A DNA stretch of 64,000 bases from Paramecium tetraurelia (GCA_000165425.1 CT868024.1:124001-188000), one strand, 5' to 3'. Counted from the stretch's first letter, positions 1 to 16,620 are shown. Made by a program: numbers and translations. The notes: generated by a model not told the origin, from the letters alone.

Positions 1-1315
1 AATCTAATCTCTTAACCCTGTGCATTCCAATTAAACCTTGAGGAACATATTCTTCTCTACATTCACAGTTTATTACAACTCAAAAATCTATTTCTTTAAT
101 TCTTTTAATTCCTACTTCAAAATCTCATTTTAACTAAATAGCGTTTGAAATTCAGCATCCTAATTTTGATTTTTAAGTTGCAACTTTTCTTTCAAAACAA
201 TCTCTCTTTCAAGTTCTTGCCTTATCTCTACTATTTTCTCTTGAAGTCTCTTAACCTGAGTATTCAATTATTTAATTTCACTCTCATTGTCACTTTTAAC
301 CTACTTATTACTGTTTCTCGCATCTTTCAACAAATTTTACTACTCAATCAATTTTTACTTCAGATGTTTAAGTTATTAATCTTTTTCCTCCAACTGAGCT
401 TCCTATGCTTTGACTATCACAGTTAACTTATCGTATTTATTTTCTAAGTCTATCAAAACTTAATTCTTATGCTCAATTCTCTTAGTCAATGAATGAAACT
501 ATGTGCAAATAATAAAATAGGCATACTTCAGATTGATTGCCTTATTGTTGCAATCTAAAGTTGTTGTACTCCTATTCCAATGATTCATACATTTTTGATA
601 CTTTCTTCATCTAAACGGATTACTCATTAAACTTTCTATCTATTTTCTCAATATCATTAATAAGGTCATTATTCTTCTTCATCAATGAATCAATCAGCTT
701 ATCCTTCTTAGCATTCTCCAAATTGAAACCTTCACTTTGCTAAGATAAATTCTTGATGACTGTCTCCTGCTTTAATAAAGTGCTCTTAAACATATCTTCA
801 CATTCCTTTAGAGTTTACATTACATTATTCAATTCATCATTCGATTCCAATAATTATTTTTATAATTTTGATTTATCTTACTTCAGAATTTGCTCATCTT
901 GTTTTAATTGCTTATTAATGTCCGTCAAGACTTGCATCTTCTGATTTGTTTCGTTCATCAATTACTTAAGCAAAGCATTGTTTTTATTTAATTCCTCTAT
1001 TCTCTTTTATTATTCAATCATTATTTCATTCAATTCCTCCAATTAATTTATCAACTTCTTCAATTTAGGATCACTATGCACTACATCCTTATTTTATGCA
1101 TTTAATAAGGTCTGATGCTACTTCTCCAATGCCACATAGGCCAAAGACAGACGTTCCACCTCAGTTGAAACAAGCACGAAATTCTTCATCACTGTCCACT
1201 TTTCAATCAATGAATCCTGTCTCACCAATTCTTGTAGATTGGTCTCCAATTCAATGAGATTCTTTCGCAATTTAGCATTTTCTTCTAAGAGATATGCCTC
1301 GTTATTATTTTACAT
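1..1315 (-). CDS. Coiled-coil hypothetical protein (3' end beyond window start)
   Basis: ATG at 1315. Code-6 frame MQNNNEAYLLEENAKLRKNLIELETNLQELVRQDSLIEKW... is E/K/Q/L-rich. Probable short intron near 505-530. Confidence 0.75.
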
Positions 1316-1451
1316 TTTTTGAAATATAAATTAATTTTTATGTTTAATCTTCGATAAGGATTATTACATTATTCATATTTAGATCTTCAGAATTATTTTT
1401 TACAGTGAAGTTCTAAATTAATAATTTCTTTACCAATTTTATATAATAATA

Positions 1452-3902
1452 ATGCAATTAAAAACAAAGCTATTGTTAACTTAATTGATGTTATAAAATT
1501 TAATTACTCTGATTTAGGCAGGGAATTAAGAGCATAAAGATGTAATGGCCATAACTCAAAATTCAATTGGATTGTTATTAAACCTGATTATTTTTTGTTC
1601 AGAATATGCAAAACAAAGACAAGACTTCATCAACATTTTGATTCAAATAAACATTATTGTTGAATTAGAGACTGTCTTTTACAACGTGGACAACATCACT
1701 AATTACTTCTCTCTCATCTACTTATTGATTGTAGAAGATGTGTTGAAAAAATAGCACAAATGTTATTAATTTTTAACTCACACAATTTGCATCTATGTTT
1801 CTATTAGACTTGGAGCTTAATTCTATGAAAAATTTACAACCCAGAACTTTGCTCTATTTGTTCTCTGGCAACCACTCAACCATCTAATATTTTACAAAGA
1901 CAATCAACCAAATGAAATTAGAAAGCCAAGTCCTACTTCTCTATCACAAAGACAACCCAATCACAATGCTCACTTCAGTTACGCAGAATAAATCTAATAG
2001 AACCTTATAGACGAGAAGTCTCCATAAGTAGAAAGAAACATCAATGTGGCTCTCGATGAAGACCTACTCAATTGTCTCCCCTACGGATTGGCTTTGATCG
2101 ACACTAATTTCCAAGTTATCAAGCACAATGAGAAATTAATGAGTTATCTGATGATAAGTGAATCCGACCAAATCATGAATCACTTAGATCAATTGCTATC
2201 CAAGTAACCCTATTTTTATATTATCTCAGCGCTGAAATAAACTCCGTAAAAACCAATCCGCATACAAAACATAAACCTCACATAGTTCCTTTGAGAAAAC
2301 TGAAACAGAACTCAGCCAATCACCATTAGAATAGTACTGGCATCAAATCTAACAAGACTAACTGGTTGTCTGATCGATTGAAAGTTAATATTCAAAATAA
2401 GGGCTCATTTTAATCCAGCATTCATGATACCACAACTTACTCTTATGTTCAATTTGTGATGAACGAATTTTAAACTAAAAGTCACAGACAGCTTAATCCT
2501 TCTGACAATTAATCGATTGCCTCAGATTAGACTCACATGTTTAAGTTCCATGTAGTCAAAGATTTCATTATGAAGAAGAAACATTTTCAAATAAAAGTGT
2601 ATGAGGTAAAATTGTAAACGAAAACCAAAGATCCAGTGTTCTTATTCATAATTGAAAACATCACTGATAAGGAAGAATTGAAGGAGTTGACTCATAGATT
2701 TAAATTTCAATAGGCTTTATTAAATTCTTTCAGTCATGAATTGCGAACGCCCTTAAATAGCTCATTACCTCTATTACAAATTTTAAGTTAAAAAATTGAT
2801 GAAACTCTTAATGACAACTATTTATAACTTGCAATAATCTCTTGTCGTAGATTACTTTTTTAAATAAATGACATTTTAGATTATGCTTAAATAGAATGTG
2901 AGGATTTTAAACTAAATTAAAACAATTTTTATGCAAGCGAGATTTTTGAAGATCTGAAAGGATTATTTTAATAAGAATGCACTTAAAAATAAATTGAATT
3001 AATCTTAAATTTTAATGATCAAATAGTTATACATAGTGACAAATTAAGAATAACTTAGATATTGGTGAATCTGATGAACAACTCAATCAAATTTACAAAA
3101 TAAGGAGGCAGGATTATTTTGTCTTTGAAAAAGAGAGAAACTTAATGCATCTTCTCTGTTTGGGATAATGGCGAAGGGATCTCTAGCGAATAGATGTTGG
3201 CCCTATAAAATCAATTTGTCCAATAATCCAAAGGATCAATTAAAATGGGATTGGGCTTGAGAGTTTCGAAGGGAATAGTAAAATTCTTGAGTGGTGATGG
3301 GGAATTGCAGATTAAAAGCGAAAAGGGATTCTACACAGTTGTGAGCTTCTCAATTGAGGAGTCGGCCAGTACAATAGTGAAAGAGGAGGAATCCTCAATA
3401 CGGGATGTTGAGGATTTAGGATCAGATTCTAAGAATTCAGCATAAAGAGTGTACATTTCATCAAGGAAGTTTCTGAATCATTGCGAATGCATTTAAATAT
3501 TGATAGTCGATGATGTACCTTTCAATCACATCACTTTAATGGCATTACTGTAAACTTATGGGTATAAGGCAGATAGTGCTTATGATGGGGATTCTGCAAT
3601 CAAGAAAGTGAAGTAGAGATAGTAAAATGGGTGTTGTAAGGTGTACAAAATCATTTTTATGGATATAGAAATGCCAGGGAAGAATGGATTCATTGCTAGT
3701 AGTGAAGTATTAAATCATAAATTAATTAGAGATCTCTAAGCTATTGAAAAATGAAAGATAAAAGTCGGTTATTGTTATGTGTTCAGCTTATAATGGTTAA
3801 GAAAATGCAGAGTTAGCTCAGCAGAGTGGAATGAATGAAATTATTTCGAAACCTATTTCTTTGGATTCTTTATAAACACTTTTAGTGAAATACTTTTGTT
3901 GA
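1452..3902 (+). CDS. Membrane-associated hybrid histidine kinase (HisKA + HATPase + receiver domain)
   Basis: H-box SFSHELRTPLN; N-box QILVNLMNNSIKFT; G1 VWDNGEGI; G2 MGLGL; receiver ILIVDD...IFMDIEMP...SKPI. Hydrophobic N-terminus. Introns near 2204 and 3706. TGA at 3900-3902. Confidence 0.92.
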
Positions 3903-3933
3903 ATTTTTTGAACTTTTTTAATTTATTATGTAA

Positions 3934-4344
3934 TCATATTCCATTGAATTCTACAACCATTGGTTTTATGAGTTTATTAAGATTCGTCTGATGAAATGGG
4001 TTGAAATTAGAAGCTCGATATAATCCATAAATCTTTTCGAAAATAGCCAATAAGTTTAATTTTTCTGTTCCTTGCTTGATAAATATGATCATTTTCAATT
4101 GTGTTATCGTTATATATGCATGCACATCATAATCATTATTTGGTAAATAGATTGTATACAATACTCCTAAATATGGTTCCGTTGATGTTCCCCCATTCAA
4201 TTTCTTTTATAATGCAGGACTGATTAATTGCAGAGCGGTGTAAGTTTGAAATTTGAAATGCACCTGATCCTCATTATTGATGTAATAATCAATGAAGCTG
4301 AGTTTGTCCTATGAATCGATTATAGCAATACAAGCAATAGACAT
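3934..4344 (-). CDS. Sedlin/TRAPPC2-like small longin-fold protein
   Basis: MSIACIAIIDSQDKL...EPYLGVLY...YDVHAYITITQLKMIIF...IYGLY...FNPF matches the TRAPPC2/TRAPPC2L pattern. Confidence 0.75.
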
Positions 4345-4360
4345 TTTAATTTAATTTTAT

Positions 4361-5436
4361 ATGTTAATTGAGACATTATACATATGGATAATCTGGTTGA
4401 TATTAAAATTACCTCAATTGGAAATCAAAGACACCATCGATGTTGAAGTTTAAGATGAATTTATGATAAGGAATGCTAAATCTAAATACTCTCTATTCCA
4501 TTCCTTTTAGGATATTTAAGAAAACAAATCATAACCACAATTTAAAGTGAGGCTAACACAGAATTATTTGATTGTAGATAATTAAACCATTATTGAATAT
4601 GATAAAGAATGTATAGATTCATAGAGTATGAGATTTTAGAGTACAATAACTGAACAATGAAGATCAAAGTGTTTGCCAACTGAAGAGGAATCACACATAC
4701 ATGAAAGAATTACTATTGAATTTTTCAGTCATTAATTATTCTAATTGTTCAATCGCATACATGGACGAATAAACAAGAATTACAAATAATGATATAAAAT
4801 TGTCATTTACTAATTGTAAAGATATTAAGGTGATTGATTAATTCAATTATTTTCAAAAAGGATAACTCGTTATTATTGTATGCAGAGTATTGACAGAAGC
4901 AAAAATAAAGATTCTGTTTTACAACAATTATGAAGAAGATTTCTTATAACTTTACTCATATAAAATATCATTCAAAGAATTGCCAAATTTATTTATTAGA
5001 TATTAAGCCCATGAATCCAAACAATTTATTCTGATTATAAATGCTTATTTGTTACATTTTACACTTGATTAAATTTTTTTTTATAAGATTGATCAAGTTG
5101 ATGAAATCTAATTTTCAGAGGATGGGACTTAACTTTATGCTGTAAATTAACTCTTATTATAAATAGATGAGAAAAAGTGTTATTTATTAATTATTCTTGT
5201 AAAATCCTAAAGTACAATTACTTGAATTGGTTGAATAATAAAGCAAAATCAAAAATAGTAGAATTCTAGCATTTAAGTGCTGGAATCAAGGAATTTTAGT
5301 ATTAACAGATAAAGGATATTTCAAGTATCTTGAAGTTCAAAATAGTTAATAAATCCATAAAATTACAATATACGATGGAATTGGAGTTATTATGATTATG
5401 ATAACATTGTTTTCAATAAAAGTAAATTATTTTTGA
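4361..5436 (+). CDS. Hypothetical protein with hydrophobic N- and C-termini
   Basis: Long code-6 frame from MLIETLYIWIIWLILKL... ending ...GIGVIMIMITLFSIKVNYF-TGA. Internal structure not fully traced. Confidence 0.55.
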
Positions 5437-5503
5437 TAAATTGATATGAATTTATGGATTCTTTTATTTATAAAATAATTTTAAGAATAAAGAGTGGTAT
5501 ATT

Positions 5504-7705
<2,202 letters not shown>

Positions 7706-7811
7706 TCTATTATATGTGATATATTCTAAAAAAGTTGCACTAAATAATAACTGAACCATTATTCGTTCTTTTTTGTGAAAGAGAAATTAATAAACATTTA
7801 AATCTTTTTAC

Positions 7812-8423
7812 GTCATATAATTTTTAATTATTAATTCGACAAATGCTAACAAGTTTTATCCTTCACTTTCAAATAAATATTTAGCCCATTATTTTTGGTA
7901 TATTTTCCTGAAGACGTCAAAAATGTGTTTTAATATTTCTATTAACACTAAAAGTATGTAATTGAAAATATATATGAATAATATGAAAAATAAAATTGTA
8001 GAAATTTAAAATGAAAAAAGAATAAGAAAAGTAATAGACTTAAATAAAAATAACACGATCATTAAATAACTGATTTGTATCTATACTAATCCCATTGGTT
8101 AGTTAGATATTCTTAACTCTAAAATTTATTTGTATAGTACAAGCTCTTAATCTTCATGATTGAATGTGGCTTATGAGATAGAATGGACAGTATAGTTATT
8201 TATAATCATGCTGTTAGTATATTGTTGACACCTTGAATCACTAAAATAAAAATAAAATCTACTTGAAAATTCGTTTGATTTCAAATTAGAAACCGAATTC
8301 TGATTCCTCTGTAATTAGGGGATCTTCATTGTTGATTGGATTTTCATGCGATTTCCAAACTTTATTGTCTAGTGGAAACTGCTTTGATGGTTTATTCTCA
8401 AATCTAAATTAAGATTTTTACAT
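7812..8423 (-). CDS. Hypothetical membrane protein, 3' end unresolved
   Basis: ATG at 8423, MQKSQFRFENKPSKQFPLDNKVW...; 22-nt intron at about 8241-8262; hydrophobic stretch at 7940-8070. The stop position depends on splicing. Confidence 0.4.
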
Positions 8424-8465
8424 TAATTAAAAATAATATATATATATAAATTATATATAATAAAA

Positions 8466-10379
8466 TCAAGTAGCCAACTCATCTACCAAAGATTTTGAAC
8501 GTCTCTCATCTTTCTGTTCAGTTTCAGCATCCTCTTCTTGCTTTTTCGTAGGGGCTGTAACAACCAATACACAACCAATAAAACAAGAAATAGATGGTAC
8601 AAGAACAGTCAACCAACGAACCAAATTTTCATCATCAAGTACACTTCCATATGAACAAAAGAATAAGGCTATTCCAGAAGAAATCTTATCCAGAAAACTA
8701 TATGCTCCAAAAACAAAGGCACCGCTTGATCCCTTTAATCCAATCACATCACTAATAAGTGTAATTCCTGTATTCAAAGTGATAGCTTGAGCAATTCCAA
8801 TGAATGGTGATACTACATACATAAAGTAAGAGTTATTTTCATTTAGGAATATCAAAGCAGAGGATGAAAGCAAACATAAAACTGTCCCAATTCTTTAATA
8901 AAAATAAATGATTACGTTAATGTGACTTTCTTGCCTAATACTTGATAGAACTTCGATAATGAAGCACTGGTCAAAACACTCATAATATATAGAGAGAGAG
9001 GAATCAATGCAACTTAAATAGGGACTTTGACTTCTTCTGAATCTGGATCAGTAAACTTCAAAACACTTGCAATGTAAAAGGAAATCATAGTTGATGAAAC
9101 ATTACAATACATTCTAAAAAACATGTAAACCATTCCGAATCTATAAAATGCCATTTAGCCAAACCATTCTCTGTAAATTTTTAAACAAAAATATTACTTC
9201 CAATCATGCACATCCTCAGACATAGAGCCTCGGTTAGCCTTTTATTTATGTAAACTTCCTTCTCCTTCATCATCTGTAAATTCGACATCTGTCAATTTGA
9301 CATTTCCTTATCCATCTATTTGTGATTCAGAAGTAGATTTCTATAAATCATCGCTAGAAATTGTATTCTTTTATTCATCTTGAACTTATGTTCTTGTAAT
9401 CTTTTAGTCCTACGCAGCTTTGGCTGGATTGCTAATTCCATTTTATCTCTATTTTAATTAATTATTTTTATACATCTTTAAGAATTCTTAACAAAGTTCT
9501 TGCAAATTTTGAACAGTCTGATGTTAGTTTAGGTTCATTTATTTATAATATGAAAAACACTGATGTTGCTGTTCCTATGGCCACACATATCAATGACAGA
9601 TATTGAAAAGCTTATGCTGAATCAGTGCCATCGGTACTGTTTGCCAATTAAAAAAATATTAACTAAAATTATTGTATTTCTTTACTGCCGTCACATACAC
9701 TATTAATACGGCTATGAATTAAAATGTATTTCTTATGGAGTTTAATTTGTCTCTTCTTGATCTACTGCATGTTAAACTTGGAACCAAAGACATATGGCTT
9801 ATTTGTAATGAGGCCCAACCAAAATTAAAGATTGCTGGAAATACGGTATAATAGATGGCCTTGGTTTAATTTGTATTTGTTACTTATACTACTGTGTTAT
9901 CCTTCATATTCATCCAATCCAATATTAAATTCCCATTCCAAACAGGCAAAAATGAAAAGATTATCACAAAATATCCCCTTGCGAAATATACATTAAAAAT
10001 ACCCTATGTACCATGGAATTCTCTTTCCAATTGATGTCTTTGTTCTATCACTATAATATCCCACCATTGGTGTTGCTAATGCATCAGCCACTTGTCCTGA
10101 CAACATTGCATAGGAGCCGAAGTCGACCTGTATTATTCTTTTCAAATAAAATAACAGATAGCTATGATGATTATAAACTCGATACTTGAACCAACACGCA
10201 GCTGATAAATCATTAAGCATATGACCCATGCAATATGCCCAAAATTATGATGTAGTCAAGCTGTCAAATTTGTACTTCTTATACCCAATTTCTTTCTCAT
10301 TGAGTTGACTAGCCTTATTCCAATCCATTAAAGAACTGGTCGAGCTATTATCTGATTAGATAAGTCTATCGGATGACAT
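8466..10379 (-). CDS. MFSD12: MFS transporter, MFSD12/GPH-like
   Basis: YCMGHMLNDLSAACWF...GQVADALATPMVGYYSD...NFGWASLQISHMSLVPSL...GAFVFGAYSFLDKISSG. Several tiny introns. Confidence 0.88.
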
Positions 10380-10876
10380 TTACAAATATTTATTAATATT
10401 TCCAATTGTTGTTTTATATAGGATTCTCTCAAATATTACATCATAAAATATGTAACAGTATTCAAAATATTTAATTTATGTGTTAATCTCATACGTAATA
10501 CTATTTTAATAATATTCAAATTTTTATGGAAAATCTATTTTTACTTTTACATTAATTTAAAATACTTATAGATTGCCAATACTTTGATTCAAATACGCGC
10601 ATAGATTAAATATTTTGAAAAGTCAATACCATCACAAATCAATAGAACTTTGCTTAAGTTTATTAATTAAATTAAGGGAGATGGAATAATCATTATAATA
10701 ACATAATTCTATATATTCTTATTGTTATTAAATGAACAGTATTAGAATTTTGAACTTTTTTTTATATTTGTATTTGAGATAAAAGTATTTACATGAGAGA
10801 TTGACATTTATACTTAAAGTACTAATTTTTTAATTTAATATATATTTAACTTAAAACATAATAGATAAATGAAATT

Positions 10877-12239
10877 TCATGCTCCTTTAAAGAATCTTAG
10901 ACCATCTCTACCTCCCCACCAGCCTCTTACCATGATCTACCAATAAGCAAATGGAAAGAAATCCTTTTTTAAGTGGAACATCAATCGACTTTCGTTTGAT
11001 TAAAATATAGGAAAAGTTTCATCAAGTTCTGAATTATATTTAAACTCTGCCAGTAATAATTTGGATTAACTTGTAAATATGGGACATGAAGTATATCCTA
11101 AGATAATCGTTGTAATAATAACCTAAATATCCTGGAAGCGGATCTTGTTTAAGTTTCCAACTTCTTATTAAGTTTTTAACTAAAACAGGTGTTTAGGCCA
11201 TAACAGCAGCAGCTGTCTTAGAAGTTGGAAGAGAAGAACAATCTCCAAGTGACCATATATTTTTGTAGGTCACATGTTACAAAGTATTAGGATTGACTTG
11301 TGTGAATCCAGCTTAATCTCCTAAACCACTTTTTGCTATGAATTAACCAGGGGTCTAATTTATTAACATTGAATACTTAAGGTGGAACTAGATGTAATAA
11401 ATCAAATGAGACAGATTTCAATTCCTTAGTATCTTAATTTTCAAATATGGCGACATGATCTTAAACTTCTACCAATTTCTATTTAAAATGGCAATTTATT
11501 TATTTAGTTTTGCAAAATTCTGTTAGGATTTCAGCATATTTGGGAACTCCAAAAATAACTCCAGCTGTCTTATAAAAATGATGATGTGTTTTTATTCCTC
11601 TTTTATTCAATCGATCATGAGATAGATATATAATTTTTTAAGGAGCTCCTGCGCATTTGATTGGCAGAGGAGGTTCAGTATACACTATGTTTCCTCCTTC
11701 AAATTCCTGCACAAGTCTATTCATTTTTTCAGCATATTTATAATTATAGATTGAAGCAACAGGAGCATTTGAATCCTCAAGGTATTTTCGTGCGCCTATT
11801 AATGATAAGAATGGATTTACCTTTGATGGAATCAAAATCGGTTGAAATTCCAGTTGCAATTACTAATTGATCATAGGTGTATATCCCTCCATCTAATGTT
11901 TCTATTTGGTTTTCTTAAGGAATTATTTTAGTAACAGCACTATCAGAAACTGAAATATTCTTAGGAAACACTTAATCCATTGGCTTGAGTGTCTATTTTA
12001 CATCACACAATCCGCCACCTAAATTTGATAATTAAATTACCAATCATGGTCCATCCTGGTTAATAAGCATGAATCTTAGATGGCTCGAAAATTCTAATTT
12101 GCTATGGAATAGCATGACCATCAGCTATCAATTGAGCTGCTACATTTAATCCGGCAGTTCCACCTCCTATTATAGCTATTGGTGAATGGACTTTTATTGC
12201 AGAAAATGCACATCCCCTCAAACAATCAATCTTTTTCAT
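10877..12239 (-). CDS. SQOR: Mitochondrial sulfide:quinone oxidoreductase
   Basis: FAD motif IIGGGTAG, YQPGWTMIGGG, PIKCAGAPQK, GDCSSLPTSKTAAA, YTSCP, LAEFKY. Confidence 0.93.
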
Positions 12240-13268
12240 CTATAGAATAAATTAATATCTTTATACATTTATATGGATATACACTATTAATTGTATCTTA
12301 TAATTAAATATGATTTAAATTTTATTTTATGTTAATATTTTTTAATGCATCATCAATTAAAACTAACAATTGGTTTGCTCAATTATATAATTATTTGCAA
12401 GTTTGCATTATTAATTATTTCTTATTCAAAATTAAATTATTTATATTGCTCATTCAAACTTTTACAAAATGTTCAATCAATTTCCACTTCTCTAATTCTA
12501 GTTAATTTGTTCATTATGAGAATGACTTAGATGATAAAATATGAACAAAAATAAATAATTGCATAAAATTTTTATCTTAAATTTGTATTAACCTCATTTT
12601 CCCTAATTTCCAAAAATAATATAAATATTTGATCTACTACTCATATTTACAATATAAATACATCTCATATCCAAAGCTTACTGCTAACACCTTTTTCTCA
12701 AAGATGAATCATCTTATTATAAAAACTTATATTTCTATAGTATTAAATAAAAGGTATAATATTTAATATTAAATTAATAGCAAAATCACGAAATGACCTG
12801 TATTGATTTAATCTCTTAATTCCTTAAATATGCTATTGCTTTTAATTACACATCTTAATGTCTTCTCTCTATAAATTATTATTAATTATTCAATGAGTTC
12901 CCTATATGTGAACTTATCTAATTTTAAATTAATAAGACAATCCTTACTTTATTAAGAAATTTATGTTTTGGAATGCATCTCCAAGGTGTTATTTAACCAT
13001 AGAAAATATGAAAATAAATGATATTCATTTTTAGACTATAATAAATAGAAACTTAATTTGGAAATTTAAATGTAAGTACCTGCTCAAATATGAAAAATTA
13101 TACTATCTCATGATATAATTCCAAAAGGAACACATAGTTTAAATAAAAATTAATTAAAAACCTATTTACCACTTTTAGATTACACAACCGTTTTTATAAA
13201 ATGTAAAAAATTTAGATTAAATGATTATAATAAAAAATATTACTATGAATCTCATACATGTTATAATG

Positions 13269-14576
13269 TCATAGTTATAAACCTTTAATTTTTCTATAGC
13301 AGTTTCTGATAAAAAGAGGGATGAACAAAATTGCATAGAGTATAAAGATTGAACAAATGATGGAAAAGGCTATGATTGGTCCACAACAACAAAAGAAATA
13401 AGGGGCTTTACTTTTATCGATTTTATTAATCTTGTTATCAACAAAATCTCCAACTATTTTACTTACTTACATAAATTAATATCCAGGTAACCATATAATA
13501 ATGAAAAGGAGTTTGCATAATCCTCTTAAAATTTTAGGTATGTAGAAACATTTCCTCACAAATTTCTTAGTAAATTTCTTGCATTTATTCTTTTTAGAAT
13601 ATATCCTTGATGTGCATGCTTAACAATTACTTCGATATTGATATTGTTAATCGTAAAGATATTGATTCATTTATGGAAACAACACAACTTGAGCAGATTT
13701 ACAAAGAATACAAAATTTAGTATTGCATAGTTGACATTACTAAATATTTATTTCTTGAATTGGATTTGACAAATTTAAACAAGTTCTTGGTTGAGATAAT
13801 ATTCTACATTTTGGGCATTTTTAAACTAGATTATCTTGGCAATATATTTTGAATTAGTTTAGTGCTAACTAATTACAATATTATTGATGTTTTTATTATG
13901 ATCCATTAATTTAATTGCGACATGTATTACAAATTTTTGTTTTACATTATTAACATTATACCATGTTCTAATTAATTTTCTACAGGCTTGAAGATTCTAT
14001 CTGTTAATAAGGATGAATTGTAAGTTACGAATAGCAATGTTGTTTTATGCAAAATAAATCCCTTTTTATTATTTTCCATTATTTAACCTATTAAAGTGAT
14101 ATAAATTAGGCTATAAGATAATGATTTAATTCTAAATTACAAAGTTACTCAGGACAAGGAATCCGATATGATTATGAAAACTATTGTTAAACATACGTAT
14201 CAGTGCAGTCAATACAGAAATAATGATCATTCATGCAAATTTTGCAGCAAATTTTCTAAACGCAACAGATCTGGCATTCTTGAAACTTTAAATTATAAAA
14301 TTTAGCTTATGAATCTAAATTGATGAGTACTTTGGAACAATAAGGAATATCAGTTATCAACATATGCCAACAGATTCCAAGTAGCTGTTTGTCATTATCA
14401 TTATTGTTGATAACATTATGACAATTCAAACAAACTTTAATTACTGTTTCTATGCATTTAATTGTGAATAGTTCATCTGTGATTCCATTACATAAATGGC
14501 ACTAAAATTAATCTTATTTAAATCCTACTTATTTTTAAAGTCTTTGTGTCTCGAATAAAATGAAGTTTTAATCCAT
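13269..14576 (-). CDS. RBR (RING-IBR-RING) E3 ligase-like protein with C-terminal transmembrane segments
   Basis: CQICC...HYFCIDC...IPCPEQLC; CQQCKTKICNTC; KCPKC...CQLCNTKFCILC; then hydrophobic ...PIIAFSIICSIFILYAILFIPLF. 26-nt intron near the 5' end. Confidence 0.78.
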
Positions 14577-14663
14577 GTTAGAATATTAATGAGAAAATGT
14601 TGTAATTCTTAATCTATTTTATATAATATAATTTCTTATCATTTTAAAAAATACATAATTTAT

Positions 14664-16084
14664 TCAATTATTTTAATTTTAGATGATGAGTTTTTCAAGT
14701 AATAATTTAATCTCTAATAGTTGAGGTCTTTCTTTTGGATTGAAATGGATCATTTTTTTAATTATTTGATGAAGTTCTTCATCAATTTAGACATAAGTTT
14801 TTATTTTGAGAGCAGCATCGACAAATTTATCATAATTTTTTCTCCTATCTTCCAAATTGACAGTGTCTTAAAAAATTTTCTTCAACTTAAATATTCTTGC
14901 AATATCATCTATTTATTATATTTCTGTTGTTTTGAAAACTTCTTCATGTAATTAAAGTAACCAAATAAATCCCAATTGCCATATATCATAAGAAGAATCG
15001 TATTTCATCTGAGTACCTTCAGGAGGGCGATATAATTCATTGCACACATAATTAGTTTAATTACCTTCAGAATCTACCTTCTTTGATCTATCATAATCAA
15101 TAATAACACAGGTGATATCTTCTTTAAGAAGGTCATCTAGGCTATTCAATTATTTCTAGCAATCAAACATATTGTTTTAAGGCTTTAAATCTCTATGAAC
15201 AATTCCTTAATTATGCAAGACTTCTAAGGCGACAATCATTGAGTGAAATATCTTGAGATAGCCTTAATATACTTTTTCTTTTGGATAAACAAACTTTTTT
15301 CGAGGACCAATGCAATGAGACATTAAATCATAAAAACTGATTTTATGCTACTTTAAAAATAATATCAATAAATTGCTGTATCGAATATAAGAATACAGAT
15401 AGGGTTAGTGAGAGTTATTAAATTATTCTATTATTTCCACTTCTCTTGATTCATACATATCATGTTGTATGTAGACTTTCATAGCTATTTACTCTTCCAT
15501 TACATTGTAAATAAAGGGAGGAGTTCTTACAACATCAACTTTACATACATAACCTTAACTATGAACATTCTTTATGACGGTGACTCCCAAATTTTTCTGA
15601 AAAGTATCAGCATGTGAACTTCCCTCCGCTTACCTATATCCAAAATCTTATAACAATTAATCTTATATTTTTTGCAAGTCTGTATTTTGTAATTAAGCAA
15701 TATCACTATAGCAATTTAACTATTTTACTAAAAATATTATTTCAAATACATATTGCTATCATCTATTTAAGAGCATGTTCTTTTCTTTAACCTTATGGTA
15801 TTTACTCATCCACATAAGATTTTATGAATGGAATACCAATTGTAGCTCTTTCACTTACATAAATTTAATCTAAAGCGATTGGAGGAAACATGACATCCTT
15901 TCTTACTACCAATTCAATTAATACTTTATTTATATTAAAAAATACTAGAAGTTAAATTGATCAACAGAAATTTTAGCTGAGTTATATCTATTGGTAATTT
16001 TTCTTTTAATTGAACTAGCTTTAAATGTTCTTCCTATTCTTTACTATATATTAGCCCTTAAATTTTAGAACGCCTTTGCTCCAT
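14664..16084 (-). CDS. Divergent Ser/Thr protein kinase
   Basis: VHRDLKPQN, IIDYD in place of DFG, YRPPE, SYDIWQLG, NPKERP. Confidence 0.8.
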
Positions 16085-16429
16085 ACTTATAATTAATAAT
16101 AGAAATTCATTATATTCAAAAAATATATTTGAATTATAAAATTAAGCAAATTCCTGTTTATATTGGAACTCAAATAAACATTATTATAATTTGAGATACT
16201 CATTATTCAACTACAATCAATAAAAAGAGCATAGAATGATATAATATCAATTATTTAAGATATATTTAATTTAGTTGAAAAAAATGCATTACTTATTTTT
16301 AAGAAACAAAAAGAAATTAAAATGATTAATTAATAATTTTATTAATTTGTTTTGTTACTTAATAAATGTAATAGAATTATGTCTGTTCTAAAACTCTACA
16401 GGCTTATATCCAATATATTTAATTTAAAA

Positions 16430-16620
16430 ATGGGTTAATCTCCTTCTATAAGTAAAGGAATTTTAATAAACGATTAGTAACTTTAATTGTAACCTCAATA
16501 AGAATTAGAAAAATGTATAAAACACTGTGGAGTGAGCAAACTTGAAGATTAAACATATAAAATTATTCTTCATCTTGAAAATGAGGAATATTATTAATTT
16601 ACATAGAGTAGAACTAAAGT
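16430..16620 (+). other. Possible small or truncated ORF with N-myristoylation-like start
   Basis: MGQSPSISKGILINDQQLQLQPQQELEKCIKHCG...; no stop before it runs into the neighbouring gene's 3' end. Confidence 0.2.
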
